Positions 29,975 to 40,547 of a DNA stretch of 64,000 bases are shown here, in pieces. This stretch comes from an uncultured Desulfarculus sp. (GTDB lineage: Bacteria; Desulfobacterota; Desulfarculia; Desulfarculales; Desulfarculaceae): positions 3,136,001-3,200,000 of the forward strand of contig CAXXUK010000001.1 in NCBI GenBank assembly GCA_963665125.2, read 5' to 3'. The number at the start of each line of letters is the position of its first letter. Within the stretch, counting starts at the first letter, position 1. The translations under genes and the position numbers were made by a program. The notes beneath the pieces are model-generated. The model was not told the DNA's origin. It did no database searches and saw only the letters and a program-made list of their open reading frames with translations.

Positions 29975-32146
29975 CTAACCGATGCGCTTGTACTGGCCTT
30001 TCAGCCATCCGGCGATGCCGTTTTTGTACCACTTGCTGAAGCGGCGTTCGCTGGGGCCGCCGGCCAGGGCGATGAGCAGATCCTTGCGGCCCATGTCGGC
30101 GATCATCCTTAGCGACGGGCTGAAGGTCGTGGTGCGTCCTGCGCTCTGGAATATCTGGCCCTGGGGTATGGTGGCCTTGCCGCCGGGCAGTTCTACGGGC
30201 CCGTAGTCAAAGCCCAGCCAACCGGGCAACTTGCCCCCGAACATCAGGTGCGCAAACATAATCGTGCGGGTTGAGCCGTAGCGCTGGGCCTTGACGGCCA
30301 AGCCCTCGGCCAGGGCCTGTTTGATGGCCTCTTCCCGCGGTTTGGCCTGGAACCAGGCCGAGTCGCCGTTGACCAGGATGTCGTCGAAATTGCCGTAGTA
30401 ATCGTTGAACGAACCGGTTTCCTTGAGGATGTAGTCGATTACGTCCCGGCCCATGCCGCCGTCGCCGAAAACCACCCGCACCAGGGCGTGGTACACCGAC
30501 TCGAAGAGCATGGCCCCCTTGCTGTCGGCCTGGTAGCCGCAGTCCCACTGGGCCAGGATTTTGCCGTTGTCAGAGTCCGGCAACAGCGGCTTGATCAGGG
30601 GCATGAAGCGCTCGGCCTGCACCGAATGCAGGTCCATGTGCATTGACTTGAACACGTCCTCGCCGAGCTTGCCCTTGTTCCGCTCCAGGAGCTGGGCGAT
30701 GCGCTGGGCCCTGTACGGCGCCATGGGCAGGTTGATGGGTTGGCTGTCGCCCAGGTAATTGAGGTCTTGGTTGGCGGTGACGATATAGCCTTCCTTGGGG
30801 TTGAAGGCCGAGGGCAGGCGGTCTTTGTCCACAAAGCCCAGATGGTTGTATTTGGCTTCCCAGCCGGGCAGGGGCAGCAGTCCGCTGACGCCGGGCGCCC
30901 GGTCAAAGGTGCGACCGGTCATCTGGTAGCCGATATTGCCCGATGAATCAGCGATGGCGAAATTGAACGTGGAGGCGTCGAGCAGCTTGAAGCATTCCAT
31001 GGCCTCGGCCACGTTGGCGCACTCCGGCAGGTTCAGCAGCCCGTTGAACTCGCCGGCGCCGCAGCCCTGGCGGGCCGACCAGTTGAGCACCAGGCGCAGG
31101 CCCTCCTGCTTGGGGTCGCCTTCCACCACGCCGTGCTCGTTCTCGTACACGCGCAAGACCACCGGCTGGCCTTTTTTCACCTGGACAACCTCTTCATGGA
31201 CGTCAAAGGGCTTCCAGCCGTCCTCGCGCCAATACATGCCGTCGCGGCATTGCTCGATGCGCCAGTCAAGCTGGTCCATGAAGGTGAAGGTGGCGCTCCA
31301 GGCGATGTTGTTGGTGCGGCCCAGAATCAGGCCGGGTACGCCGGGGATGGTCACGCCGGCCATGGTGTTGCCGGGCACCCGCATGACGATCTCCTGCCAT
31401 ATGGCTGGCAGGCGGTTGACCTCCAGGTGCGGGTCGCCGCAGAGAAAGGCGTTGCCGTTTGCGGTGACGGCGCCGCTGACGACCCAGTTGTTGGAGGCCT
31501 GGGCCTTGGGCAGTTTGCCCAGCCATTTGACGGCCTCGGGCACAAGGGGCGGCGTCAGTTCGATCTTGTCGATCAGCTCTCGGTCGATCTCTTCGCTCAG
31601 GTAGGGGAACAGCTCGCGGATCTTGGTTTCGTCCACGCCTTTTTGGATCATCTGCACCAACAGTCGCTGGGCTCCGAGTTGGGCGTCGGTGAGCCCCACA
31701 AAGCCGAAGACCTTGGCGATGAGCATGCAGTCGGTCAGGTCCCAGGGCTCGGGCTCATAGCCCAACAGCTTCATTTCCCAGCACACGCCGTTGTCTTCCA
31801 GGCAGCGGTTGAAACCAGCGCAAAAAGCATCGATCTGATCCCTGACATGGGGCTGCAACTTGGCTATTTCGGCCTGGGGGTCGGGCATGAAGCGCATGAA
31901 ACGCATGAACTTGTCTATTTCGATCATGGCTTCGTTGCCGGCCAGGCATTCGGCGGCCCGCCCCCGCAGCAGGATCCTGGTCAGCAGGGCCTGCATCTGC
32001 CTGTCGGCCGCCTGGACCCAGCCCAACCCGTACTGCATGTCCCGCTTTGTCTGGGCGTCGATCTCCGGAATGCCGAACTCGTTGCGCTTGATCGCTATTT
32101 CGGCGTCCAGGCCCGGCAGGGTAATTTTTTGATCCTTGAGCTTCAT
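29975..32146 (-). CDS. Penicillin acylase family (Ntn hydrolase), no signal peptide
   Basis: GIPEI, DRQMQ, SNNWVVSG nucleophile, DPHL, TANQ motifs. Confidence 0.9.
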   Translation of the reverse strand: MKLKDQKITLPGLDAEIAIKRNEFGIPEIDAQTKRDMQYGLGWVQAADRQMQALLTRILLRGRAAECLAGNEAMIEIDKFMRFMRFMPDPQAEIAKLQPHVRDQIDAFCAGFNRCLEDNGVCWEMKLLGYEPEPWDLTDCMLIAKVFGFVGLTDAQLGAQRLLVQMIQKGVDETKIRELFPYLSEEIDRELIDKIELTPPLVPEAVKWLGKLPKAQASNNWVVSGAVTANGNAFLCGDPHLEVNRLPAIWQEIVMRVPGNTMAGVTIPGVPGLILGRTNNIAWSATFTFMDQLDWRIEQCRDGMYWREDGWKPFDVHEEVVQVKKGQPVVLRVYENEHGVVEGDPKQEGLRLVLNWSARQGCGAGEFNGLLNLPECANVAEAMECFKLLDASTFNFAIADSSGNIGYQMTGRTFDRAPGVSGLLPLPGWEAKYNHLGFVDKDRLPSAFNPKEGYIVTANQDLNYLGDSQPINLPMAPYRAQRIAQLLERNKGKLGEDVFKSMHMDLHSVQAERFMPLIKPLLPDSDNGKILAQWDCGYQADSKGAMLFESVYHALVRVVFGDGGMGRDVIDYILKETGSFNDYYGNFDDILVNGDSAWFQAKPREEAIKQALAEGLAVKAQRYGSTRTIMFAHLMFGGKLPGWLGFDYGPVELPGGKATIPQGQIFQSAGRTTTFSPSLRMIADMGRKDLLIALAGGPSERRFSKWYKNGIAGWLKGQYKRIG

Positions 32147-32212
32147 CGGCAGCCCCCAATCCAGCAAGTCAAACGCCCGGCTGAACCGGGCGTTTGCTTA
32201 TTAGGAGGAAAA

Positions 32213-32935
32213 TCAATCCGTGACCAGCAGGAATAGCTTTTCTATGTATTCCTTGTCGCGGTTATCCATCTCCTCAATTATGTGCCGGTGCATTCTCTTC
32301 TTCATTTCCGAAAAAATGCCCCGCTTTTTTTCGAACGTGGCCGCATAGGCCACCGCTTCTTCGATCAGGGTCTGTTTATCGGCGCAGGCCTTGACGGCAA
32401 AGCCCATGTCGACCATTTCCTCGGCCACCACGCGGCGGCCGGTCAACAGCAGTTCGTTGAATACCTGGGGCGGCATGATCCGGCTGACGAACTTGATCAT
32501 GCTGGGCATGAAAGGCACGCCGACATCCACCTCGGGAAAGCAGAAAAAGCCGCGCCCGGAGAGCATCAACCGGAAGTCACAGGCGCAGGCCAAAATGGCT
32601 CCGTTGCCAAAGGCGTGCCCGTTGACGGCGGCCACCGATGGTATGGGCAAAAGCAAAAAGCGTTTGAACACTTCGCCCATGCCGTACATGAAGTCCTTGA
32701 TCGCCTGCAGGTCGCCTTCCTTTTGCCGCTCCAAAAGCCACATCAGGTTTACGCCCTGGCAAAAATTCTTTTCATCCGAAGAGCTCAGCACCAGGCTGCA
32801 GACCTCCTTGTCGGCGACTATTTCGTCGAGAACGGCCAGCATCTGGCGGGAGTATTCCAGGTCGTGACGGTTTTCGCCGTCGTTCATCATCAGCACGGCC
32901 ACCTTGCCGCGCTTTTCCCAGCTGAATCTAGACAT
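32213..32935 (-). CDS. Enoyl-CoA hydratase/isomerase family protein
   Basis: FCQGVNL, AAVNGHAFGNG, CDFR, FPEVDVG. Confidence 0.9.
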   Translation of the reverse strand: MSRFSWEKRGKVAVLMMNDGENRHDLEYSRQMLAVLDEIVADKEVCSLVLSSSDEKNFCQGVNLMWLLERQKEGDLQAIKDFMYGMGEVFKRFLLLPIPSVAAVNGHAFGNGAILACACDFRLMLSGRGFFCFPEVDVGVPFMPSMIKFVSRIMPPQVFNELLLTGRRVVAEEMVDMGFAVKACADKQTLIEEAVAYAATFEKKRGIFSEMKKRMHRHIIEEMDNRDKEYIEKLFLLVTD

Positions 32936-33108
32936 TTCATTGCCTCTGCGAAGTTGGTCAAAAATCGTGCAGCTATCCTAGCAGCAGCGGGCCCTACATG
33001 GCAACGACGACGGGCCCTACAGGGCTTCATCGCACGGCATTCACATTTTGGTGTTATTCCAACAGGCTGATTTGCTAAACTAAAGCATGATATTTCACTA
33101 GAGCACTA

Positions 33109-35961
33109 ATGACAGCATTAAGCAACAAAGATATGAACGCCACAGAGCTGATGGAGCGGCTTGAGCAGGCCCAAGCCCGCATCAGACAATTGGAAAGTCT
33201 GGTTTTCCGGCAATCCCATGCCCCAGATCCAATCGATCCGCTCCATAATGGCGTCATCGACCATCTTCCCACGGCTTTGTTGGAATTTGACCTAAGCGGC
33301 CTTAAGGCCTTCGTCGACCGGCTGCGCTCAAATGGCGTGTCAAATATTGAAGCCCATTTGGTGCAACATCCCCAGGCCCTGCGCGAGGCATTCAGCCACG
33401 GTCGTGTCACCTTTTTGAACCGCGTGGCCCGAAAGATTTTTCAGGTGGGCGATACCGTCGAGTTCATCAATTTTTTTGCTCAGTTTTTCACCCAAGAGGC
33501 AGCTTCCAAAGTATGCCGCTTTGTCGGGGAATTGGACGGAGGCAAAACCAACGGCAACTTTGAGGCCGAGTTTCGAACCAGATCAAATGACCCGATTTTT
33601 CTTGGCCTTTTTTGGGCCTTACCGCGAGAAGATTTCGAATCGTGGCGAAGGGTAATGGTGACGTTAATGGACCTGACGCCGCGAAAAATCGCGGAACAGG
33701 CCCTGGCCCAAAGTGAAGACCGCTACCGCGGCCTTTTTGAAAACAATCCCTCGGCAATGTGCCTGATCGATACATCGGGCCGGAAAATAATCGACGCCAA
33801 TCAGGCCGCCAGCGACTTGTTCGGCTACAGCAGAGACGCTCTCGCCTCGATGCCCATGGATAACTTGAACGCGCCGGGCCAGGATGACACATCGAACAAG
33901 CTGGCCGAAGCGGCCAACGGTCCGGCTAGGTTGGAGTTGCGGCAGCGTTTTGCCGACGGCACAGTCCATGAAGTGGAACTCTACGCCGGTCCGTTCATGG
34001 ATCAAACCGGAAAAAAAATACTGGCCACGATCCACGACATCACCCAGCGTAAAAGGGCCATGGAGAACCTGCGCCGGGCCGAGGGAAAATACCGCAATAT
34101 CATCGAGCAATCCGTACAGGGCATTATCCAGTCCACCGTCGAAGGCAAGGTCATCAGCGTGAACCCGTCCATGGCCCGCATTACCGGCTATGACAGCACT
34201 GAAGAAGCCATGAAATCGGTCTCCAACATAGGTAGCCAGGTATATTCCGACCCCCTCCGCCGGGAACAATTGATCAAAGAACTCAACCAACATGGAACCG
34301 TGCAATCGTTTCCCATCCAGATCAAGAGGCGGGACGGTGACATGGCCTGGATCAGCTATACGGCAAGGGCTGTAAAGGACGAAAACGACAAAATTATTTC
34401 CATCGAAGGCTTTGTCGAGGATATCACCAGCCGGATCACGGCTGAGGAGGCCTTGGCCCAGAGCGAAAAACGCTACAGGGCCATCGTCGATAACTCACTG
34501 GCCGCCATATACATCTTCCAGGACGACAAAATGGTCTTTTTGAACAAGGCCTTTTTGGATATGCTCGGCTATTCCGACCAAGCCCAGGGTCTGGGCAGGC
34601 CTTTCTGGGAGTTTATCCACCCGCTGGACCGCGAGTGGGTCAAAATGCGGGCCCAGGCCAGGGCCCGGGGCGAAAATGTAAAGCCGCACTATGCCTTCCG
34701 TTGCCTCAAGGCCGACAACACCGTGATATGGGTCGACATGCAGGCGACCACCATCTTCTTCCACGGCAAACCGGCGGTGCTGGGCAACCTCATCGATATT
34801 ACCGAACGCAAAATGCTCACCGACCGCCTGGCCCAGTCGCAAAAGATGGAGGCCGTGGGCACTTTGGCCAGCGGCATTGCCCACGACTTCAACAATATCC
34901 TCCAGGCCATCAGCGGATATGTCCAGATGGTGATGAGCGACGGCGTGAGCCAGCCCAATCTAAGGCGTATGAAGGAAATAGACTCCGCCGTCCTTAGGGC
35001 GGCCGACCTTATCCAGCGCATGCTGGCGTTCAGCCGCGACCTGGCCCCCCAGTTCATCGGTGTCGACATCAACAAGGAAATCAGCCAGGCCGTAAAACTT
35101 ATCGAACGCACCATTCCCAAATGGATCAGCATCAAAACGGAGCTGGAAAACGATCTACCCCTGGTCAACGGAGACCCCATAAGCCTGGTGCAAATGCTCA
35201 TGAACATGGCGGCCAACGCCAGAGACGCCATGCCCGATGGCGGCACGCTGACCATTTCCAGCCGGATGATCGACATTGACGAAAGCTTTTGCAGCACGCG
35301 GCCCGATCTGGAGCCCGGACCTTATGTACTGATCCGCGTGGCCGACTCGGGGCCGGGCATAGACGAATCCATCATCAAACAGATATTTGATCCGTTTTTC
35401 AGCACCAAGGAAATTGGGAGGGGCACCGGCCTGGGCCTTTCCCAAGTCTATGGGACAGTAAAGAGCCACCAGGGTCATATAGATTGCGAGAGCACTCTCG
35501 GTTTGGGCACGGAATTCAAGATCTATCTACCCAGCAAGCAGCCGGACCAGCAAACCACGAATAACGATCACGAACCGGAAAAGCAAGTCGAAGGCGGCGG
35601 CGAAGTCATACTTTTAGTGGACGACGAAACGGCCATCCTCGAAATCAGCAGCCAGGTGCTTTCCGATCATGGATACGCTGTCCATACGGCCGATTGCGGC
35701 GAAAACGCCCTTAAGGAACTAGACCGGCTTGGGAGGGCCGATTTGGTGGTCCTTGATCTGGGTATGCCCGGCATGGGCGGCCGGAGGTGTTTCGAGCAAA
35801 TCAAGCTTGAACACCAGTCTACCAAGGTGATTATCGCCAGCGGATACGCCGACGAAGACAACCGTGCCTGGGCCATGGAACGTGGCGCGGATGCTTTCCT
35901 GGCCAAGCCATACCGGCTTCCGGATCTGCTCAGCGAGGTCAGACGCGTGCTGGAAAACTAA
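33109..35961 (+). CDS. Multi-PAS hybrid sensor histidine kinase/response regulator
   Basis: PAS repeats; GIAHDFNN H-box; NARDAM, DPFFSTK, GTGLGL; REC LVDDE/LDLGMP. Confidence 0.94.
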   Translation: MTALSNKDMNATELMERLEQAQARIRQLESLVFRQSHAPDPIDPLHNGVIDHLPTALLEFDLSGLKAFVDRLRSNGVSNIEAHLVQHPQALREAFSHGRVTFLNRVARKIFQVGDTVEFINFFAQFFTQEAASKVCRFVGELDGGKTNGNFEAEFRTRSNDPIFLGLFWALPREDFESWRRVMVTLMDLTPRKIAEQALAQSEDRYRGLFENNPSAMCLIDTSGRKIIDANQAASDLFGYSRDALASMPMDNLNAPGQDDTSNKLAEAANGPARLELRQRFADGTVHEVELYAGPFMDQTGKKILATIHDITQRKRAMENLRRAEGKYRNIIEQSVQGIIQSTVEGKVISVNPSMARITGYDSTEEAMKSVSNIGSQVYSDPLRREQLIKELNQHGTVQSFPIQIKRRDGDMAWISYTARAVKDENDKIISIEGFVEDITSRITAEEALAQSEKRYRAIVDNSLAAIYIFQDDKMVFLNKAFLDMLGYSDQAQGLGRPFWEFIHPLDREWVKMRAQARARGENVKPHYAFRCLKADNTVIWVDMQATTIFFHGKPAVLGNLIDITERKMLTDRLAQSQKMEAVGTLASGIAHDFNNILQAISGYVQMVMSDGVSQPNLRRMKEIDSAVLRAADLIQRMLAFSRDLAPQFIGVDINKEISQAVKLIERTIPKWISIKTELENDLPLVNGDPISLVQMLMNMAANARDAMPDGGTLTISSRMIDIDESFCSTRPDLEPGPYVLIRVADSGPGIDESIIKQIFDPFFSTKEIGRGTGLGLSQVYGTVKSHQGHIDCESTLGLGTEFKIYLPSKQPDQQTTNNDHEPEKQVEGGGEVILLVDDETAILEISSQVLSDHGYAVHTADCGENALKELDRLGRADLVVLDLGMPGMGGRRCFEQIKLEHQSTKVIIASGYADEDNRAWAMERGADAFLAKPYRLPDLLSEVRRVLEN

Positions 35962-36707
35962 CCCGCCGCCGGAGCGACCGCCGCATGGCTTTCCATTTGC
36001 GGCGCATCGGGCTCGTGCCCCAGCAACAATTGAATCCTTGTGCGGGTTTCGGCGGCCAGGCTCTCCAGATCATCATCGGCGTATTGGTTGGGGTCGATGG
36101 GTTGGCCGATGCTCATCCTGATCACGCCCTTGTCCGGAAAAATCGTTTCGGGCTTCATCAGTTGGGAAGATCCGTAGATGCCCACCGGAATGATGGGCCG
36201 TCCGGCCGCCTTGGCCAAAAAGAACGTACCCCTGCGGAAAGGCAATAAATGTTCCGGATTGCGGTTGCGCGTGCCCTCCGGGAATATGACCACCGTGGCC
36301 CCGTCGCGGATCTTCTGGGCGCCATTTTCCAACAGTCTGGTAGTATTGCCCGATTTGCCCCGGGCCACGGGGATATGCACGATTTTCAGGTGCCAGCCGA
36401 TAAAGGGCACCTTCAGCAGAGATTCCTTGGCCACCCAGCAGATATCGGCCGGGATGCCGGCCAGCACCACGGCAATGTCGGCCGCTGATTGATGATTGGA
36501 CGCAAGCACGTAGCCGCCGCCGTCGGCGGGCAGGTTTTCCAGGCCGTGGATAGCGAGTTTGAAGCCGCAAAGCCAGCAAAGAAACTTGCCCCAAACCCTG
36601 GCAAAACGGCGGGAGCCCTTGCCGTTGAACATGCCGACGATCATCGAACCGAGTCCCAGCGTGGCGGTTACTATGCTAAACAAAATGCTTTGCCAAATCT
36701 TTCTCAC
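35958..36707 (-). CDS. 1-acyl-sn-glycerol-3-phosphate acyltransferase (PlsC family)
   Basis: NHQS..D and FPEGTR motifs; start approximate. Confidence 0.9.
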   Translation of the reverse strand: MRKIWQSILFSIVTATLGLGSMIVGMFNGKGSRRFARVWGKFLCWLCGFKLAIHGLENLPADGGGYVLASNHQSAADIAVVLAGIPADICWVAKESLLKVPFIGWHLKIVHIPVARGKSGNTTRLLENGAQKIRDGATVVIFPEGTRNRNPEHLLPFRRGTFFLAKAAGRPIIPVGIYGSSQLMKPETIFPDKGVIRMSIGQPIDPNQYADDDLESLAAETRTRIQLLLGHEPDAPQMESHAAVAPAAG

Positions 36708-36916
36708 ATTACTGTAAAGCACGGCCGCCTCCACTGTATGAACCCAGGATGTTTCCAATCATGAGCATGGTTTACCAAATTCAATTAATACTTTATACAA
36801 ACGCGGCCACGCAAGGCAATTATTGAAAGCCTGTTTATTAACCTCCCCTTGTAAGGGGCGTCTGACAAATGCCAAAATGATTTTACTGTTTGGCAATAGC
36901 TTTTGGTTGCTGTTAT

Positions 36917-39199
36917 ATGAATCACCCCGGCAAATCACACCGCCACCCGCGGCTTCGTTGGTTCTTCGAGCTCAAGGCCATCTTGACCCAGGGCTGGCCT
37001 CCGCCGTCCGATGAACCGCAAGATATCGACTGGTGGCGTGAACGAATAGTAACCGCTCTATTGGGCCTTGCTTCCATGTTGGGGGCGGCGGCATATTTCC
37101 CTGGCATGCTATTGGCACTGTCCGAGGGCCGCTATCTTATCGGGATCTTTGACACCGTTGCCCTTGGCCTGCTAATCTTTTTGTTTTTAAACAAAAAAAT
37201 CGCCTATCGTTCCAAAGCCCTGGCCATGATCACGGCCAGCATGCTCCTGGGCGTGACCTTGTTGATATCGGTGGGATTCTACGGCGCGGGATATCTCTGG
37301 CTTTTCGGCAGCTGCCTATTGACGGGCGTGGTCTGGGGTTTTCCCTACATTGCCATTATCATCGGCATCAGCATCGCCATCCTCATCGCCATGGGTATCG
37401 CCGTCGATCAAAAACTGGTCTGGTGGACAGGCGTGGAAAACGCCACCGAGAAATGGTTCGTCGTCACCTCGAATTTTTTCTTTTTGGTGGCCATGTTGAC
37501 CACCGGAATTTCTGTGCTGATTCGCGGATTTCAGACAAGCATGACCAAGGAAATCCGTGCCCGGAAGGCCCTGGAGGCCGAGCGCACCCGCTTGAGCGCC
37601 ATCAACGACGAACTCATAGAACAGATGGAAAAACGCCAACAGGCCGAAAACGCCCTGGGCCATTCCGAACGCAAGTATCATGAGCTGCTCGAGAGCATCT
37701 TCGACCCCATTTACACCCACGACCTCAACGGTCGCATCCTATCCATCAACACCATCGCCGCCAATGCCCTGGGTTATACGCCCGAAGACCTTGTCGGCAA
37801 ACGAGTGCCAAAATTTTTAAGCAAGGAAAGCGGTGACTTTGCTGTTTCGCAATACCTGCCCAGGCTGCAAAAAGCCGGACATGACATGGGCACGGTGGAG
37901 GTTATCGCCCTTGACGGCCAGACTCATCTCTTCGAATACCGTTCATCGTTGGTTCTACCGCAGGACGGTTCGCCCTATGTCAGCGGCCTGGCCAGGGATG
38001 TCACCCTCCAGCGGGAAAGCCAGCGCCAGGTGGCGAATCTGCGAGAGCAATTGAACCAAGCCCGCAAGATGGAGGCCCTGGGCACCCTGGCCGGCGGCAT
38101 CGCCCACGACTTCAACAACATCCTTTCAGCAATCATTGGTTATACGGAGATGAGCATCGACAACATCGCCGATGGCAGCGAGGAAGAAAACGCCGAGTTC
38201 CTGGCCAGGGTGATCGAGGCGGCAAACCGCGCCCGCGAACTTGTGCGCCAGATCCTGACCTTCAGCCGCCGCAGCAGCGGGGAAAAGCTGCCCAAACGGC
38301 TTCAGCCGATTTTCGAGGAATGTTTGGCCATGCTCAGGGCGACCATTCCGGCCAATATTTCGATAAATACCCGTTTCAACATTCCCCAGGCTGTCATTGA
38401 TTGCGATGCCACCCAGATCCAGCAATTATTGATGAACCTGTGCACCAACGCGGCCCATTCCATGGAGCTCTCCGGCGGCAACCTGACGATTACGGTCGAT
38501 CAAATCGAGTTGCCAGATCCAAGCCCAATGGAAAAGGACGGCCTGGCCCGGGGCGAATATGTCCAGATACTGATCCACGACCAGGGCGCCGGTATCCCCG
38601 AGGAAATCTCCGATCGCGTTTTCGAGCCGTTTTTCACCACCAAGCCCGACAAGAAAGGCTCGGGCATGGGGCTTGCCGTTGTCCACGGCATCGTCAAGGA
38701 CCACCAGGGCAAGATTGATTTTACCAGCAGCCCCCAGGGAACCACTTTCGATGTGCTGCTTCCCATGAGCCACGGCGAGGAGGCCGGCCAGACCCAAACG
38801 CCGACTGAATTGCCCAGGGGCGACGAGCGGATAATCTTCATCGACGATGAAAAGGCCCTGGTTGATATCGGCAAAAAAACTTTGGAAAAACTGGGTTATC
38901 AGGTGACCGGTTTCACCAACCCTGCCCAGGCCTTGGGCAGGATAAGGAGCAAACCCGGCGATGTGGATTTGGTTATTACAGACCAGACCATGCCGGGCAT
39001 GACCGGCCTGCAGATCGCCGGGCAGGTTAAAAAAATCAGCCCCGGCACGCCGGTGTTGTTGTGCACCGGGTTCAACAACATGGTCAGCCAGGACAAACTG
39101 GCCATGAACGGGGTTGATCAGCTTCTGATGAAGCCGGTCAGCCGTATCAACATAGCCCAGGCCATCCGTATGCTGCTGGACAAGCGGCCGGGGGCCTAA
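36917..39199 (+). CDS. Membrane-bound PAS hybrid histidine kinase
   Basis: Multi-TM N-terminus, PAS, GIAHDFNN, EPFFTTK, GSGMGL, REC IDDE/TDQTMP. Confidence 0.93.
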   Translation: MNHPGKSHRHPRLRWFFELKAILTQGWPPPSDEPQDIDWWRERIVTALLGLASMLGAAAYFPGMLLALSEGRYLIGIFDTVALGLLIFLFLNKKIAYRSKALAMITASMLLGVTLLISVGFYGAGYLWLFGSCLLTGVVWGFPYIAIIIGISIAILIAMGIAVDQKLVWWTGVENATEKWFVVTSNFFFLVAMLTTGISVLIRGFQTSMTKEIRARKALEAERTRLSAINDELIEQMEKRQQAENALGHSERKYHELLESIFDPIYTHDLNGRILSINTIAANALGYTPEDLVGKRVPKFLSKESGDFAVSQYLPRLQKAGHDMGTVEVIALDGQTHLFEYRSSLVLPQDGSPYVSGLARDVTLQRESQRQVANLREQLNQARKMEALGTLAGGIAHDFNNILSAIIGYTEMSIDNIADGSEEENAEFLARVIEAANRARELVRQILTFSRRSSGEKLPKRLQPIFEECLAMLRATIPANISINTRFNIPQAVIDCDATQIQQLLMNLCTNAAHSMELSGGNLTITVDQIELPDPSPMEKDGLARGEYVQILIHDQGAGIPEEISDRVFEPFFTTKPDKKGSGMGLAVVHGIVKDHQGKIDFTSSPQGTTFDVLLPMSHGEEAGQTQTPTELPRGDERIIFIDDEKALVDIGKKTLEKLGYQVTGFTNPAQALGRIRSKPGDVDLVITDQTMPGMTGLQIAGQVKKISPGTPVLLCTGFNNMVSQDKLAMNGVDQLLMKPVSRINIAQAIRMLLDKRPGA

Positions 39200-39639
39200 C
39201 GCACCACCAGGGTCGTGCAGTTGCCCCGGCGAACCAGCCTCTCGGCCACCGAGCCGAACAGAACCAAACCCATTCCGCTGAGCCCCTGGGACCCTACCAC
39301 CAGCAGGTCCGCCGGGTCATCTTCCTGTTGGGCCAGGATCTCAACGCTGGGGTGACCCCTCCGTAGGGCCAAATTAACCCGCAGGCCCGAGATCGAATCG
39401 AGATACTGACGCTCCATGTATGAACGGAGTTGGGCCGTTATCTCCTGATCGCTCATGCCCCGCACCAGGCGCTGGTCCTGGTCGGGCAACACGGGCATGC
39501 CCGGCACCAATACATGGATTATCGTCAGCCTTGCCCCATCGGCCCGGGCCTGCTCAATGGCCTTGGCCACGGCCTTGTCCGACTGGGGAGAAAAGTCGCA
39601 GGCCGCCATAATATGCTTAAAGGGCTTGGCTTGTGTCAT
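39196..39639 (-). CDS. Universal stress protein
   Basis: ACDFS..S, DLLVVGSQG, FGSVAERLVR. Confidence 0.92.
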   Translation of the reverse strand: MTQAKPFKHIMAACDFSPQSDKAVAKAIEQARADGARLTIIHVLVPGMPVLPDQDQRLVRGMSDQEITAQLRSYMERQYLDSISGLRVNLALRRGHPSVEILAQQEDDPADLLVVGSQGLSGMGLVLFGSVAERLVRRGNCTTLVVR

Positions 39640-40215
39640 TTATGCCCTCACCATGGCCATTATGGCCTCTTGTTGGCGGATCATAAAATCTTGGAACGAA
39701 CGGCCGATCTTCTTGAAGTGCCAGCTCTTGAGCGACCACATGTGGGCCAGCATCACAATGTCATAGGCCATCAGGTCGGTATCCATTACCCGGAACGAGC
39801 CGTCGGCCATGCCTTCATCCAGGATCTTGCGGAACATTTCCACGCTCTGGCGCTCCAACTGCATAATGCGCTTGCGGCCCGCCTTGTCCAGGGTCAGCGA
39901 CTCGCGGTAGACCAACAAGACCTTGGGGCGCTCTTGATCCACCACGGTGAAGAACTGGGCAATGGCCTGGCGCAGCTTTTCCGCCGGGGTCGCGTCATCT
40001 CCGATGCGCTGGGCCACGCCTTCGGCAAACTTGCTTTGGAGATGCTCCATTATGACCAGCATGATATCAGAGGGCTTCTTCACGTGGTGTGTGGTCACAG
40101 GCACGCTCACCCCGGCCGCCGCGGCGATCTCTTCCGCCGTGGCCTGTCGCCCCTTGCGATTGTATATCTCGCTGGCGGCGTTGATTATCTTGAGTCGAAT
40201 ATCGGTTTCAGGCAT
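39640..40215 (-). CDS. TetR family transcriptional regulator
   Basis: HTH EEIAAAAGVS; C-term G...G.FR. Confidence 0.85.
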   Translation of the reverse strand: MPETDIRLKIINAASEIYNRKGRQATAEEIAAAAGVSVPVTTHHVKKPSDIMLVIMEHLQSKFAEGVAQRIGDDATPAEKLRQAIAQFFTVVDQERPKVLLVYRESLTLDKAGRKRIMQLERQSVEMFRKILDEGMADGSFRVMDTDLMAYDIVMLAHMWSLKSWHFKKIGRSFQDFMIRQQEAIMAMVRA

Positions 40216-40321
40216 CTGCAACCTCCCAGGCATTTGCGCATCAAACAAACCGTCTAAGCAATAGCCGGTAGTCTCCTCTGCCTACAGTTTAATCCAAGCG
40301 GGGGCTCCAGGTAAAACACCA

Positions 40322-40336
40322 TGAGCGGTTGGCTCA
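40322..40336. promoter_or_regulatory. Palindromic operator candidate upstream of TetR
   Basis: TGAGC-ggttg-GCTCA inverted repeat in divergent intergenic region. Confidence 0.35.
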
Positions 40337-40547
40337 CATTGCATTTATAAAAGCGCATATGCAATCATACGTATGAACATTTAGTTATTGATCAAACGAC
40401 AGGCATCAAACCGCCCCGACAACAGGCAGGAGAAACCGCGGCAAATAGGAATACCGGCGGACAACGGGCTTTGATCAACGAGGATCGCCTTTGCCGTGAA
40501 AATTCCTGACGGGGCATCTTCATTAATCCGCCAGCGGAGTAACACTG

